From: Deinococcales bacterium
GTDB lineage: Bacteria; Deinococcota; Deinococci; Deinococcales; JAAFIG01
NCBI GenBank assembly: GCA_031414595.1
Contig: JANNVX010000104.1
Span: forward strand, 1 to 23,971
Reading direction: 5' to 3'
Length of the DNA stretch: 23,971 nt
The position numbers and the translations under genes were made by a program. The stretch's first letter is position 1. Each line of letters opens with the position of its first letter. This document shows positions 1 through 9,796 of this stretch, piece after piece. Under the pieces are notes generated by a model. The model had not been told where the DNA came from, made no database searches, and was given only the letters and a program-made list of their open reading frames with translations.

Positions 1-153
1 TGAAAGTATGGAAGTAAGGCTTGGAATTCTTTTTTGGTTAGTCCAGTCAGGGCTAAGAAGCGAGTTTTATTCTTGACGAGTTTGTCGTAATGCAGCACTC
101 GAATAGTTTATCCTAATTTCCGATAACGTCTAATATATAAATTTGAATTTAGC

Positions 154-453
154 TTGTCAGAATTACTCCATTCAAAATACATTATTGATATTTTTGATTT
201 GCCGAATAATTGGATGGATGACCTAAGAATGATGAATTTTTATGATTTTTTAATTTTCATCCGACAGACAAAAATTCCTGCATCTCGTCTATTTTTATTA
301 AATGCCCTATGCCACGAACCAATTGTTAAAATTGCCAGTTCTGGACTTTTAATTCAATTTTCAGACATTGAACCCTGTATGTTTGATCGTATCTACCTAC
401 ATTTTGAATCAGATTATCCTTTTGGAGATTTTGGAAGTATTCCAATACATTAA
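154..453 (+). CDS. Hypothetical AT-rich ORF, possibly the remnant of a longer decayed gene
   Basis: 99-aa ORF with a TTG start in an AT-rich, CTCGAG-free segment. No recognisable motif. The same frame is stop-interrupted upstream. Confidence 0.25.
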   Translation: MSELLHSKYIIDIFDLPNNWMDDLRMMNFYDFLIFIRQTKIPASRLFLLNALCHEPIVKIASSGLLIQFSDIEPCMFDRIYLHFESDYPFGDFGSIPIH

Positions 454-514
454 GCTGTATGGAACAATCAAAAATTGTGTGGCGTGGATTTTGCTCATAT
501 CTCAACAATCCCAC

Positions 515-573
515 TTCTCGAGCTTCACGCCTAAGCCTTTGCTGTGGCTGCTTGCATTCGCTTCTCGAGCCAG
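515..573 (+). repeat. CTCGAG-bounded dispersed repeat, copy A
   Basis: TTCTCGAGCTTCACGCCTAAGCCTTTGCTGTGGCTGCTTGCATTCGCTTCTCGAGCCAG; about 5 differences from copy B at 1246-1303. Confidence 0.85.
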
Positions 574-613
574 CGCACTTGACCCAAACATCAAGTGCGC
601 GTAACCTGAACCC
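573..613 (+). promoter_or_regulatory. Leaderless sigma70 promoter of vapBC with an overlapping inverted repeat
   Basis: TTGACC (579-584), 17 bp, TAACCT (602-607), 6 bp, ATG614. The inverted repeat GCGCACTTGA-N8-TCAAGTGCGC (573-600) covers the -35 and spacer. Confidence 0.65.
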
Positions 614-832
614 ATGACTCTGCACTTACCACCTCATCTCGAGCAACGCCTCGAGTTTTTGTCGCAGCAACTCGGTAAATCCGAACAAGTTGTGCTTGAA
701 GAAATGCTCGAAACGGCTTTACCCAAAGTTGTGCCGAAGTACAAGCGGGCTTCGATAGGCATGGGAAATTCGGGGCTTGGGAATTTATCTGAACGGGTGG
801 ATGAACTTCTTTTTGCTCGAGATGAACCATGA
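614..832 (+). CDS. vapB: VapB-like antitoxin (CopG/RHH-type)
   Basis: 72 aa. RHH-like N-terminus (TLHLPPHLEQRLEFLSQQLGKS) and a C-terminal GxGNSGxGNLSERVDELL typical of PIN-toxin partners. ATGA overlap with vapC. Confidence 0.75.
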   Translation: MTLHLPPHLEQRLEFLSQQLGKSEQVVLEEMLETALPKVVPKYKRASIGMGNSGLGNLSERVDELLFARDEP

Positions 833-1239
833 TTTTATGCGATACCAGTGCCTTAATTGCGTTTTTAGACCAGAGTGATAAGTACCATTTGCCAGTCAAG
901 GCATTTGCACAAGAACGCCTGATTGTACCGACAACAGTTCTGTGTGAAGTGGATTATATGGTAGTCAAGTACCTTGGTGAAGCGGTTGCCAAACAATTTT
1001 TTCTTGAACTGATGGAAGAATGGGAAGTGCTGGTTTTTGATACCACCGACTTGACTCGAGTCAATCAGATTCGTGGGTTTTATAAGTCTTTGCCACTTGG
1101 TTTTGTGGATGCCAGCCTGATTGCATTGGCAGAACGCTACAAAATTCGGCAGATTTTAACTTTGGATCGCCGTCATTTTTTAGCTGTACAACCTGTGGGC
1201 TTAGAATTTCTGGAATTATTGCCCCAAGACTTGGCTTAA
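829..1239 (+). CDS. vapC: VapC PIN-domain RNase toxin
   Basis: PIN motifs ILCDTSALIA, LCEV, LGFVDASLIALAE, ILTLDRRHF. Confidence 0.92.
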   Translation: MILCDTSALIAFLDQSDKYHLPVKAFAQERLIVPTTVLCEVDYMVVKYLGEAVAKQFFLELMEEWEVLVFDTTDLTRVNQIRGFYKSLPLGFVDASLIALAERYKIRQILTLDRRHFLAVQPVGLEFLELLPQDLA

Positions 1240-1245
1240 AACCAT

Positions 1246-1303
1246 TTCTCGAGCCTAACGCCTAAGCCTTGCCGTGGCTGCTTGCACTCGCTTCTCGAGC
1301 CAG
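1246..1303 (+). repeat. CTCGAG-bounded dispersed repeat, copy B
   Basis: Direct repeat of 515-573, starting 7 nt after the vapC stop. Confidence 0.85.
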
Positions 1304-1327
1304 ACCAAATCGTAGTATTATTTTCCC

Positions 1328-1528
1328 ATGAGTAAACTCGAGGCTGTTCAACAAACCATTTTGGAATTATCGCCGCTCGAGAAGAAACAACTCGAGGCTT
1401 GGTTCGATGAGCAATTGCAATTATTGTGGGATGAACAATTTGAACAAGATGTTCAGACTGGGCGTTTAGATGTGCTTGCCGCAAAAGCCATTGCAGATTT
1501 TGAAACTGGAAATTTTAGGGAGCTATGA
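1328..1528 (+). CDS. Putative antitoxin of a RelE/ParE-like TA pair
   Basis: 66 aa acidic helical protein (WDEQFEQDVQTGRLDVLA) typical of partners of small ParE-like toxins. TATTAT lies 6 nt upstream of the ATG. ATGA overlap with the next gene. Confidence 0.75.
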   Translation: MSKLEAVQQTILELSPLEKKQLEAWFDEQLQLLWDEQFEQDVQTGRLDVLAAKAIADFETGNFREL

Positions 1529-1830
1529 GGCATTTTGCGGCTGCGGATTTCTGGGCGTGTTACGATAAATTACCCGAAGAAATTCAAGCGCTTGCTGATA
1601 AGAATTTTGCGTTGCTTAAAGAAAATCCGAGTCATCCATCGCTGCATTTCAAAAAAGTGGGTGCTTACTGGTCGGCGCGAGTAGCCCGATAGGTGCTGTC
1701 TTACGAGCAAGAAGCTCGAATTGGTAGGAATCAGCGGGCGGTTGCCATTGAAGTTAAATTGGGTTACTTGTGGTTCTGGATTGGTTTGCACGACGAGTAT
1801 GAAAGAATTATCAGGCAAGGTGGGGATTAA
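1525..1830 (+). pseudogene. RelE/ParE-like toxin interrupted by a 39-bp in-frame insertion carrying TAG
   Basis: Hand translation: MRHFAAADFWACYDKLPEEIQALADKNFALLKENPSHPSLHFKKVGAYWS[ARVAR*VLSYEQE]ARIGRNQRAVAIEVKLGYLWFWIGLHDEYERII. Motifs HPSLHFKKVG and WFWIGxHxEY are present. Absent from the ORF track because of TAG at 1690-1692. Confidence 0.88.
1675..1713 (+). mobile_element. Mini hairpin insertion element, copy 1 (39 bp)
   Basis: GCG-CGAGTA-GCCCGATAGGTGC-TGTCT-TACGAG-CAAGA-A. Removing it restores the toxin reading W-S-A-R-I-G. Confidence 0.75.
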
Positions 1831-1831
1831 A

Positions 1832-1873
1832 TTCTTGGGCCTCACGCCTAAGCCGTGGCTGTTTGCGTTTGCT
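1832..1873 (+). repeat. Degenerate copy C of the 515/1246 repeat
   Basis: TTCTTGGGCCTCACGCCTAAGCCGTGGCTGTTTGCGTTTGCT, beginning 2 nt after the toxin stop. Confidence 0.7.
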
Positions 1874-1939
1874 GCCACTCACCATGATTTCTATGGCTTG
1901 GAGTTATGTTCCTAGCTTAACTCTTGGTATACTCGAGAG

Positions 1940-3520
1940 GTGCAGCGACTCGAGGTTCATAATTTGGCTTTAATAGATTCACTCGAACTCGAGTTGAACA
2001 ATGGTCTAAACGTTTTTACTGGCGAAACTGGGGCGGGCAAAAGCATTATTGTGGATGCAATTTGGCTTTTAACCGGCGCTCGAGCCGATACCGAATTGGT
2101 TCGCCAAGGGGCAGAAAGTCTGGTGGTGACTGGTTTTTGGGATGGGGTGATGCTCTCTAGGCGTATCTCGAGCAGTGGACGCAGTGTGGCTCGGGTGGAT
2201 GGTGAAGTGGTCAGTAACCGAGAACTCGCCGATGCTGCCGCCAAGATGGTCACAGTCCATTGGCAACACGCGGCACAGGCACTCCTTGACCCGAAGTACC
2301 ACCGCGATTTTTTGGATGCTGCCCTTTTAGACAAAACCATGCTCGAGTCTTATAAATGGTCTTATAATCTGTTTAGCGACACCAAAACCCGCTTAGAGCG
2401 TTTACAACAATCTGAACGTGAACGCACTCGCCGTATGGATTTGTTGCAGTATCAATTGCGGGAAATCGAAGAAGCGAATCTTGGTGCAGAAGAAGAAGCC
2501 CCGCTTCGGCTCGAGCGTGAGCGTTTACTGAATGCCGAACGCATCGCCCAAGACACAGGTCATGCCCTTGAAGCCTTGGATGAAGCCGAAATCAGTGCGA
2601 CAGCGCTGCTTGGTGATGCGGTCAAATTTCTCAACAATGCTGGGCGTTTTGATGCTCGAGCCGCCCAGCTTGGGCTTGAATTACGCGAAGCCTTATCGAG
2701 TGTCCAAGCCATTGCTGGCGAAGTGCGCGACCTGACCGAAAGCGCAGCCGCCGACCCAGAATCTTTAGATCAAACCGAAACCCGTCTGGCGCTGCTCGAG
2801 AAACTAAAAAACAAATACGGCGCAAGCCTAGCTGATGTTCTCGGGTATGCCACAACCTTGCGCTTGGAATTATCAGAACTTGAACGGGCGGCGACCGATG
2901 CTGCCGACCTCGAGCAGCAATTGGTAGAATTAAAAGCCCGTCTCGAGCAGCACGGACAAGCCTTAAGTGCCGCCCGACAAGAAGCTGCTTTTCGGGTTGC
3001 GCCACAACTTGAAGCGGTGATCCAAAATCTTGGAATGCCCAAAGCCAGACTCGAGTTTATGCTTTTAGCAACCGAATTAAGCCCCCATGGCGCAGAAAGC
3101 ATTGAAATTCGCTTTACCGCCAATAGCGGCGAGGACTTAGGGGATTTAAGTAAAATCGCTTCTGGCGGCGAACTTAGCCGTGTGATGCTGGCACTGTCCA
3201 CCGTGCTAGGGGCAAATACGCCCACCGTGATTTTTGATGAGGTGGACGCTGGTATTGGCGGACAAGCAGCCTTGGCTGTCGCCGAGCAACTGCTGCAATT
3301 GGCAAACTCACATCAAGTGCTGGTGGTCACACACCTTGCCCAAATTGCTGCCAAAGCTGCCCATCATTATAAAGTCGAGAAATTCGAGCAGAACGGACGC
3401 ACTGTTACTCGGGTGCAACGCCTAGACCAAGAGGCTCGAGTCCGCGAACTGGCAAGGATGCTTTCTGGTACGGACTCGAGTACCGCGATTGCCCACGCTA
3501 GGGAACTTTTGGGGCAGTAA
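1940..3520 (+). CDS. recN: DNA repair protein RecN
   Basis: Walker A GETGAGKS, long coiled coil, ASGGELSR signature, IFDEVDAGIGG, VVTHLAQIAA. Extended -10 TGGTATACT 6 nt before the GTG start. Confidence 0.96.
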   Translation: MQRLEVHNLALIDSLELELNNGLNVFTGETGAGKSIIVDAIWLLTGARADTELVRQGAESLVVTGFWDGVMLSRRISSSGRSVARVDGEVVSNRELADAAAKMVTVHWQHAAQALLDPKYHRDFLDAALLDKTMLESYKWSYNLFSDTKTRLERLQQSERERTRRMDLLQYQLREIEEANLGAEEEAPLRLERERLLNAERIAQDTGHALEALDEAEISATALLGDAVKFLNNAGRFDARAAQLGLELREALSSVQAIAGEVRDLTESAAADPESLDQTETRLALLEKLKNKYGASLADVLGYATTLRLELSELERAATDAADLEQQLVELKARLEQHGQALSAARQEAAFRVAPQLEAVIQNLGMPKARLEFMLLATELSPHGAESIEIRFTANSGEDLGDLSKIASGGELSRVMLALSTVLGANTPTVIFDEVDAGIGGQAALAVAEQLLQLANSHQVLVVTHLAQIAAKAAHHYKVEKFEQNGRTVTRVQRLDQEARVRELARMLSGTDSSTAIAHARELLGQ

Positions 3521-3658
3521 GGGGACTCGAGACTCCCGCGCTTGTGTGCTATGCTGCCACTCGGGTGCGAAATTCTCGCGCCAATTTTCTTGTGCTTAAC
3601 GTTTTTAATGTTTGGTACATTGCGAGCGAAATCTTCGCCGCTTTTTTTTGAGGTTGTC

Positions 3659-5446
3659 ATGCAGGAATTCCGTAACATCGCCATTATCGCCCACGTAGAC
3701 CACGGCAAAACAACGCTGGTGGATGGGTTACTTAAACAAACGCATACTTTCCGTGATAATCAAATGGTTCAAGATCGGGTCATGGATTCTAACGCCTTAG
3801 AACGCGAACGCGGCATCACGATTTTGGCTAAAAACACGGCAGTTGAATACCACGGTATTAAAATCAACATCATGGACACCCCCGGTCACGCCGATTTCGG
3901 TGGCGAAGTCGAACGGGTGCTTGGTATGGTAGACGGCTGTTTGCTGCTCGTAGATGCTTCCGAAGGTCCGATGCCGCAGACTCGCTTTGTGCTTAAAAAA
4001 GCCCTCGAGTTGGGACTGCACCCAATTGTGGTGATTAACAAAATAGACCGCAAAGACCAACGCATCACCGAAGTGGTCAATTTAACTTTTGATTTGATGG
4101 CAAGTTTAGATGCCACCGACGAACAACTGGACTTTCCGATTATTTACGCCATTGCGCGTGAAGGCAAAGCCTTTAAGGACTTAGAAGCTCCTAAAGAAGA
4201 CTTAGATGAACTGCTCGAGTTAATCGTTAAGCACGTTCCACCACCGAGTATCGAAATAGATAAGCCGTTTCAGATGCTGGTCACCAACCTTGATTATTCC
4301 GATTACCTTGGGCGTATCGCCATTGGTCGGGTACGTCGTGGCAAAGTTAAACGCAACGAATACGTGATGGTCATGCACAAGGATGGTACACAAAGTAAAG
4401 CCAAAGTTAGTCAGGTCTTTACCCACATGGGTTTAGCCCGTATAGATGTCGAGCAAGTCTTTGCTGGCGATGTGGTGGCAATTGCGGGTTTAGAAGATGT
4501 TGGTGTCGGCGAGACAATTGCTGATTTTGCTGACCCGGAAGCCTTGCCCGTGCTAACTGTAGATGAACCGACGGTCTCGATGACTTTTGGACCAAATACC
4601 AGTCCATTTGCCGGTAAAGAAGGCAAGTATGTGACCACGCGACATATCCGAGACCGCTTATTCAAAGAAGCCATGACCAATGTGGCACTGCGGGTCGAAG
4701 AGGACAGCACCGACGAATATAAAGTCTCTGGGCGCGGCGAATTGCACCTGTCAATCCTAATCGAAACCATGCGCCGTGAAGGGTACGAAATGCAGGTTTC
4801 TACGCCGCAAGTCATCACCCGTGAAATGGATGGCGTAACCCACGAACCGTATGAACATTTAGTGATCGATGTACCCGAAGGCAAAATGGGCGGCGTGATG
4901 GAAACCCTCGGCTCGAGACGCGGCGAAATGCTGAACATGGACAACCAAAACGGACGAATGCGGCTCGAGTATAAAATTCCAGCCCGCAGTTTATTTGGTT
5001 TCCGCACCCAATTTCTGAGCATGACCCAAGGTGAAGGCATTATGAACCACGTTTTTGATGGCTACGCGCCAATTGCGGGTGAAATCAAAACCCGTCAGAA
5101 CGGCTCGATGGTCGCTATGGAAGCGGGTCAGACCTTTCCATACGCCATTTGGAAACTCGAGGATCGTGGTAAGTTCTTTATTGAACCGGGTATCGAAGTC
5201 TACATTGGTATGATTGTCGGTTCTAACAGCGGACCAAAAGACTTAAACATCAATGTCTGCAAATCCAAAAAATTAACCAACATGCGAACCAGTGGCGCAG
5301 ATGATGCGACCACCCTCACACCGGTTTCGCCCATGAGTCTCGAAGAAGCCCTCGAGTACATTGGTGACGATGAACTGGTAGAAGTCACCCCAAAGAGTAT
5401 TCGACTTCGCAAACGAATTCTCGAGCCGAACCAACGCAAGAGTTAA
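3659..5446 (+). CDS. typA: Translational GTPase TypA/BipA
   Basis: [41 protein letters not shown]-terminal KLTNMR and [11 protein letters not shown]. Start set at ATG3659 after a GAGG SD rather than the ORF-track TTG3542. Confidence 0.97.
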   Translation: MQEFRNIAIIAHVDHGKTTLVDGLLKQTHTFRDNQMVQDRVMDSNALERERGITILAKNTAVEYHGIKINIMDTPGHADFGGEVERVLGMVDGCLLLVDASEGPMPQTRFVLKKALELGLHPIVVINKIDRKDQRITEVVNLTFDLMASLDATDEQLDFPIIYAIAREGKAFKDLEAPKEDLDELLELIVKHVPPPSIEIDKPFQMLVTNLDYSDYLGRIAIGRVRRGKVKRNEYVMVMHKDGTQSKAKVSQVFTHMGLARIDVEQVFAGDVVAIAGLEDVGVGETIADFADPEALPVLTVDEPTVSMTFGPNTSPFAGKEGKYVTTRHIRDRLFKEAMTNVALRVEEDSTDEYKVSGRGELHLSILIETMRREGYEMQVSTPQVITREMDGVTHEPYEHLVIDVPEGKMGGVMETLGSRRGEMLNMDNQNGRMRLEYKIPARSLFGFRTQFLSMTQGEGIMNHVFDGYAPIAGEIKTRQNGSMVAMEAGQTFPYAIWKLEDRGKFFIEPGIEVYIGMIVGSNSGPKDLNINVCKSKKLTNMRTSGADDATTLTPVSPMSLEEALEYIGDDELVEVTPKSIRLRKRILEPNQRKS

Positions 5447-5448
5447 AG

Positions 5449-5481
5449 AAAAAGAGCGAACCAATTGGTTCGCTCTTTTTT
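5449..5481. terminator. Intrinsic terminator after typA, possibly bidirectional
   Basis: Perfect palindrome AAAAAGAGCGAACCAATTGGTTCGCTCTTTTT with A and T tails. Confidence 0.85.
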
Positions 5482-5546
5482 AAGTCAAAAACAGGGCGAC
5501 TTCAAAGGTCGCAACCAAGTTATTGCCACAGTGCTAGACTTTACAG

Positions 5547-6689
5547 ATGCGAACCCGTGCCGATTTAGAACAGATCGAAAGTCTAAGCCTCGCGCCTTAT
5601 GCGGTGCAGGCGGCGCAGTCCAAGGGCAGGCTGTACCTCGAGTCCGAAAGCGCTTTTCGCACTGCCTTCCAAAAAGACCGTGACCGTGTGCTGCACACCA
5701 GTGCTTTTCGGCGGCTCGAGTATAAAACCCAAGTTTTTACCAACACCCAAGGCGATTATTACCGCACCCGTTTAACCCACACGCTCGAGGTGGCACAGGT
5801 CGGGCGCACCATTGCTCGCTCGCTTGGGGTCAACGAGGATTTAACCGAAACGATTGCTTTAAGCCATGACCTTGGGCATCCGCCATTTGGTCATGCTGGC
5901 GAGAAAATACTGGATAACTTACTCGAGGCGCATGGTGGTTTTGATCACAACAAGCAATCTTTGCGGGTTGTGACCAAACTCGAGAAGCGTTATGAAAATT
6001 GGGACGGGCTTAATTTGGCGTGGGAAACGTTAGAAGGAATTGTCAAACACGAATCCGAGTACGATGTTGCTGATGCTAGAGACTTTGAACCGACTTGGCG
6101 GGCTTCGCTCGAGGCACAGATTGCCAATCTAGCTGATGAGACCGCTTATAATGCCCATGATTTAGACGATGGTTTACGCTCTGGGTTACTCGAGGCTCGG
6201 CAACTGGTGGAGGTGAACATTTGGCAGCGTTTTACGACAGAACTTGGTTTTAATCCCGAGTACCTGACAGAGTTTGAACGACGCGTACTGATTCGGGAAA
6301 TGCTGGGCTGGGTGATTACCGATATTGTGCAGACCAGCAGCCATAATCTCGAGGGCATTGGTTTACTCGAGGATGTTCGGGCAGCGAGTCAACCCCTGAT
6401 TGCCCATAGTTTAGAAGCTCGAGAAATGCTGCGCCAACTCAAAGCCTTTTTGTACCAGAATTTTTACTACCATCACCGTGTCATGCGTCAAGTTCATAAA
6501 GCCGAGCATATCCTGACCAGTCTGTATAAGGCATTCACCAGCCGCCCAAAGATGATGCCCAATAACCATCAAGCCAGAACAGAAAAAGTCGGTTTAGAAC
6601 GAGCCGTCTGTGATTATTTGGCGGGCATGACCGACCGTTTTGCGATGGATGAATTTAACAAACTCTTTGAACCTTACGAAAGGACATAA
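5547..6689 (+). CDS. dgt: Deoxyguanosinetriphosphate triphosphohydrolase (HD-domain dNTPase)
   Basis: RDRVLHTSAFRRLEYKTQVF, RTRLTHTLEVAQ, SHDLGHPPFGHAGE, DYLAGMTDRFA. TGCTAGACT 6 nt upstream of the ATG. Confidence 0.93.
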   Translation: MRTRADLEQIESLSLAPYAVQAAQSKGRLYLESESAFRTAFQKDRDRVLHTSAFRRLEYKTQVFTNTQGDYYRTRLTHTLEVAQVGRTIARSLGVNEDLTETIALSHDLGHPPFGHAGEKILDNLLEAHGGFDHNKQSLRVVTKLEKRYENWDGLNLAWETLEGIVKHESEYDVADARDFEPTWRASLEAQIANLADETAYNAHDLDDGLRSGLLEARQLVEVNIWQRFTTELGFNPEYLTEFERRVLIREMLGWVITDIVQTSSHNLEGIGLLEDVRAASQPLIAHSLEAREMLRQLKAFLYQNFYYHHRVMRQVHKAEHILTSLYKAFTSRPKMMPNNHQARTEKVGLERAVCDYLAGMTDRFAMDEFNKLFEPYERT

Positions 6690-6690
6690 C

Positions 6691-7290
6691 ATGCACAAAG
6701 GTCGTTTAGAAGCGTTTTCCGACGGGGTTTTTGCGATTATCATCACGATTATGGTTCTCGAGTTAAAAGTGCCTCATGAAGCCAGTTTTGCAGCCCTGCT
6801 CGAGTTGTTGCCAGTCTTTTTAAGTTATGTGCTGAGTTTTATGTTCATCGGAATTTACTGGAATAATCATCATCATTTGTTGCAAGTCACCAAAATCGTT
6901 AATGCCAGTGTGATGTGGGCAAATCTGCATTTGCTTTTTTGGTTGTCCTTAATTCCGTTTACTACAGGTTGGATGGGCGAGAATGACTTTGCCACCTTAC
7001 CAACGGCGCTATACGGCGGCGCACTGATTATGGCTGGAATTGCCTACACGATTTTGCAGACGATGATTTTGCGGCTTCATGGCACAGATTCGGTACTGGC
7101 ACAAGTCATTGGAGCAGATTTTAAGGGCAAGGTCTCGGTCTTGATTTACTTTCTAGCGATTGTTGTGGCTTTTTGGTTGCCTTGGCTGGCTGGCTTGATG
7201 TATTTGGCAGTGGCATTCCTCTGGTTTATTCCAGACCGTCGGCTCGAAAAAGCACTGGAAGCCCAGAATCAAGGCTCACTTCAAAAATAA
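6691..7290 (+). CDS. TMEM175-family potassium channel (DUF1211)
   Basis: Signature RLEAFSDGVFAIIITIMVL, YWNNHHH, about 6 TM helices. Start set at ATG6691 after AAAGGA, 1 nt past the dgt stop. Confidence 0.9.
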   Translation: MHKGRLEAFSDGVFAIIITIMVLELKVPHEASFAALLELLPVFLSYVLSFMFIGIYWNNHHHLLQVTKIVNASVMWANLHLLFWLSLIPFTTGWMGENDFATLPTALYGGALIMAGIAYTILQTMILRLHGTDSVLAQVIGADFKGKVSVLIYFLAIVVAFWLPWLAGLMYLAVAFLWFIPDRRLEKALEAQNQGSLQK

Positions 7291-8034
7291 AACTGTTCCG
7301 ACAAAAGTCATCACCCCACCAAGAAGCGGTTTGGAGTAGCGTTCTGGGAATTTTTTTGAGACTCCAGCAAAAATCCAGGCACTGGGCAATGCTCCAAGTA
7401 GAACCCAACCAACCACAGCAAAGTCTATGGCGCTGCGCTGAGCGTGTCCGAGCGATGCCACCAAAGAAATAATCACACCATGCGCCACATCTGTTCCAGC
7501 GAATCTCGAGCCAGTCAGGGCTGGGCGGATAAAGGTTAGGGCAAGCGCTAACATTGCGCCACTGCCAACACTGGTTAAGCCGACCAGAACCCCAACAAGA
7601 GCGCCAATAATCGGCAGTGGAATGCGTTGCCAGAATGGTTTTGATGTAACTATTGGCTCGAGACTGGCTGGTTTCTGGCTTAGGCGGCGTTGGCGCTCTA
7701 AGATACTCAGACCCGTCAGAACAAGCGCAACTGCCAGTAATTTAAGTAAAAATTCTATTTTGACATGGGCAAGACTGGCTAAATAACCGGCTGGGATGCT
7801 GCCAATCGCAAGTTGAAAAACAATTTTCCAGTCTATGTTTTCTTCACGGTGGTGTCGCCAACCCGCGCCAATTTTGGTGATGCTGGCAATCAGTAAATCC
7901 GTGCCAATTAGCACAGGAGTCGGTAAACCCAAAAACAGCAACGCAGGGGTCAATAAACTTCCGCCCCCCAATCCAGTCGTGGCAATCAGTCCACCAGTCA
8001 CAGCCCCAAGTAACACCAGAACAATTGGGTTCAT
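7276..8034 (-). CDS. TauE/SafE (TSUP) family sulfur-compound transporter
   Basis: [31 protein letters not shown] motifs; multi-TM; last gene of the cys operon with an ATGA overlap. Confidence 0.88.
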   Translation of the reverse strand: MNPIVLVLLGAVTGGLIATTGLGGGSLLTPALLFLGLPTPVLIGTDLLIASITKIGAGWRHHREENIDWKIVFQLAIGSIPAGYLASLAHVKIEFLLKLLAVALVLTGLSILERQRRLSQKPASLEPIVTSKPFWQRIPLPIIGALVGVLVGLTSVGSGAMLALALTFIRPALTGSRFAGTDVAHGVIISLVASLGHAQRSAIDFAVVGWVLLGALPSAWIFAGVSKKFPERYSKPLLGGVMTFVGTVLFLK

Positions 8035-9161
8035 GGATTCTCCGCATAGGCGGCGCGTAATACCTCGGCAACCTCGGGTCTCGAGAATTCGGCGGGCAGT
8101 GGTTCGCCAGCCGCTAAAAGTTCACGTACTTTTGTGCCACTTAACACCAGATGCTCGCCTTTGTCGTGTGGGCAGGTGCGGCTCGAGACGACTGCGCCGC
8201 ATTTTTTGCAGTAGAACGTATGCTCGAACTTGATGATTTCAATGCCAATTTCCTCAGGGCTAAACTGGTTAAAGATTTCTTGGGCATCGTAAGTGCCGTA
8301 ATATGTGCCAACCCCAGCATGGTCGCGTCCGACAATAAAATGGGTGCAACCATAGTTTTTGCGGCTGATGGCGTGCAGTACCGCTTCTCGAGGACCCGCA
8401 TAGCGCATTGCGGCGGGGTACACGCCTAATAAAACACGGTTGCTAGGATAATAGTTCTCCAGCAGCACTTCATAAGCACTCATGCGGGTGGTGACTGGCA
8501 CATCATCGGATTTGGTTTCACCAACCAATGGATTTAAGAATAAGCCGTCTATGGTCTCGAGCGCGACTTTATGCAGGTACTCATGGGCGCGGTGGACTGG
8601 GTTGCGGGTTTGGAATGCCACGATTGTTTTCCAATTCTTCTTGGCAAACAAAACTCGAGTCTCGAGTGGGGTGAAGTGATGCGTGGCAAATTGACCGCGT
8701 GGGACTTCAAAAAGCCAGATTTCACCAGCTAAGTTAATTGGGGCTTGTGCCAGTAATGCCGCCACTCCGGGGTGATTTGGGTCGGTGGTGCGGTAGACCG
8801 CTTGACTTTCGGCTTGGCGGTCTGGGGTGTAACTTTCCGAGACCTCGAGAATCCCGACTGCTAGACCATTTTTAGTGAGTTTTACCCGTCCAGATAAGGC
8901 TTCTTCGACCCCTAAAGTAATCGGGATGCTCCAAGGTAAACCATTCTCGAGACGCATTTGGCTAACAATTCGGGCATGGTCTTGACTGCCCACAAAGCCA
9001 GTCAGTGGCGAATAAACACCTGTGGCAATACACTCGAGGTCGGCATAACTGCGTTCGTTTAGCTCTAAGCTGGGTAAGGCTTCAAGTTCGGTGGGGCTTA
9101 ATCCCAATTCCACAAGACTGCGTACTCGATTGACCAATGTTCCACCGTGGGCTGTATTCAT
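8031..9161 (-). CDS. sat: Sulfate adenylyltransferase (ATP sulfurylase)
   Basis: [40 protein letters not shown], CxxC...CPH zinc site. Confidence 0.96.
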   Translation of the reverse strand: MNTAHGGTLVNRVRSLVELGLSPTELEALPSLELNERSYADLECIATGVYSPLTGFVGSQDHARIVSQMRLENGLPWSIPITLGVEEALSGRVKLTKNGLAVGILEVSESYTPDRQAESQAVYRTTDPNHPGVAALLAQAPINLAGEIWLFEVPRGQFATHHFTPLETRVLFAKKNWKTIVAFQTRNPVHRAHEYLHKVALETIDGLFLNPLVGETKSDDVPVTTRMSAYEVLLENYYPSNRVLLGVYPAAMRYAGPREAVLHAISRKNYGCTHFIVGRDHAGVGTYYGTYDAQEIFNQFSPEEIGIEIIKFEHTFYCKKCGAVVSSRTCPHDKGEHLVLSGTKVRELLAAGEPLPAEFSRPEVAEVLRAAYAENP

Positions 9162-9796
9162 AATCCGCCTCTATTCCATAAACCACATTCGGTTTTTTCT
9201 GTGCCAGCCCAACGTCCGGCTCGAGCATCCTCATTATTTTCTACGGCTCGGGTGCATGGCACACAGCCAATGCTGCTGTAACCTTGCCAATACAACGGAT
9301 TGACAGGTAATTCGTGTTGCACGGCGTATTCCTCGAGTTCGGCTCGAGTCCAGAACGCCAATGGGTTATAGGTGATGCGCTCGGGGGTTTCTTCGCGCAG
9401 TTCAATGCTGGCTCGAGTGCTGCTTTGTTCACGGCTACGGGCATTCAGTAAAGCACTGGGTTTGTGCTGCTCGAGATAGTTTTTGAGCGGCGCAACTTTT
9501 CGGGCGGCACAGCAAGCCGTGGTATCGGTCTTAAACAGGTCGTCAAGCGGCAACCCTGCACTTAAGGTTATAAATTTTACGTCTGGATAGCGTTTTTCTA
9601 AGACATCTCGAGTGGCGATGGTTTCTGGGAAATGATAATCGGTGTCTACAAAAACCACTTGCCCGTTAAATCCAGCCTGTACCGCCAAGTCGAGCAGCAC
9701 TGTGCCATTTAAGTTAAAAGCACTGGTCATCAGGGTGTCTTGGTGCAGCTCTAGGGCGGAGCTTAGAAACTCGAGGGTATCGGCTTTATGGCTCAT
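9158..9796 (-). CDS. cysH: APS/PAPS reductase (Fe-S type)
   Basis: [37 protein letters not shown]. Confidence 0.92.
   Translation of the reverse strand: MSHKADTLEFLSSALELHQDTLMTSAFNLNGTVLLDLAVQAGFNGQVVFVDTDYHFPETIATRDVLEKRYPDVKFITLSAGLPLDDLFKTDTTACCAARKVAPLKNYLEQHKPSALLNARSREQSSTRASIELREETPERITYNPLAFWTRAELEEYAVQHELPVNPLYWQGYSSIGCVPCTRAVENNEDARAGRWAGTEKTECGLWNRGGL

Noticed and set aside
1051-1064. 14-bp palindrome TTGACTCGAGTCAA in vapC
   Set aside because: With ~137 CTCGAG cores, one 4-bp symmetric extension is unremarkable.
1690-1692. Amber recoding (pyrrolysine or programmed readthrough) in the toxin
   Set aside because: The TAG lies inside an insertion whose relatives are non-coding, and there are no pyl genes or other in-frame ambers here.
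515-1873. Repeats A-C as integron attC sites
   Set aside because: No RYYYAAC/GTTRRRY core ends, no long imperfect palindrome, and no integrase in the window.
3542-3658. 39-aa N-terminal extension of TypA in the ORF track
   Set aside because: Family similarity and the SD point to ATG3659; the upstream part looks like promoter and 5' UTR.
8971-8981. CGGGCATGGTC in sat matches the mini element (reverse complement of GACCATGCCCG)
   Set aside because: Only 11 bp, no AGGTGC core, and it encodes ordinary Sat residues. Probably chance.
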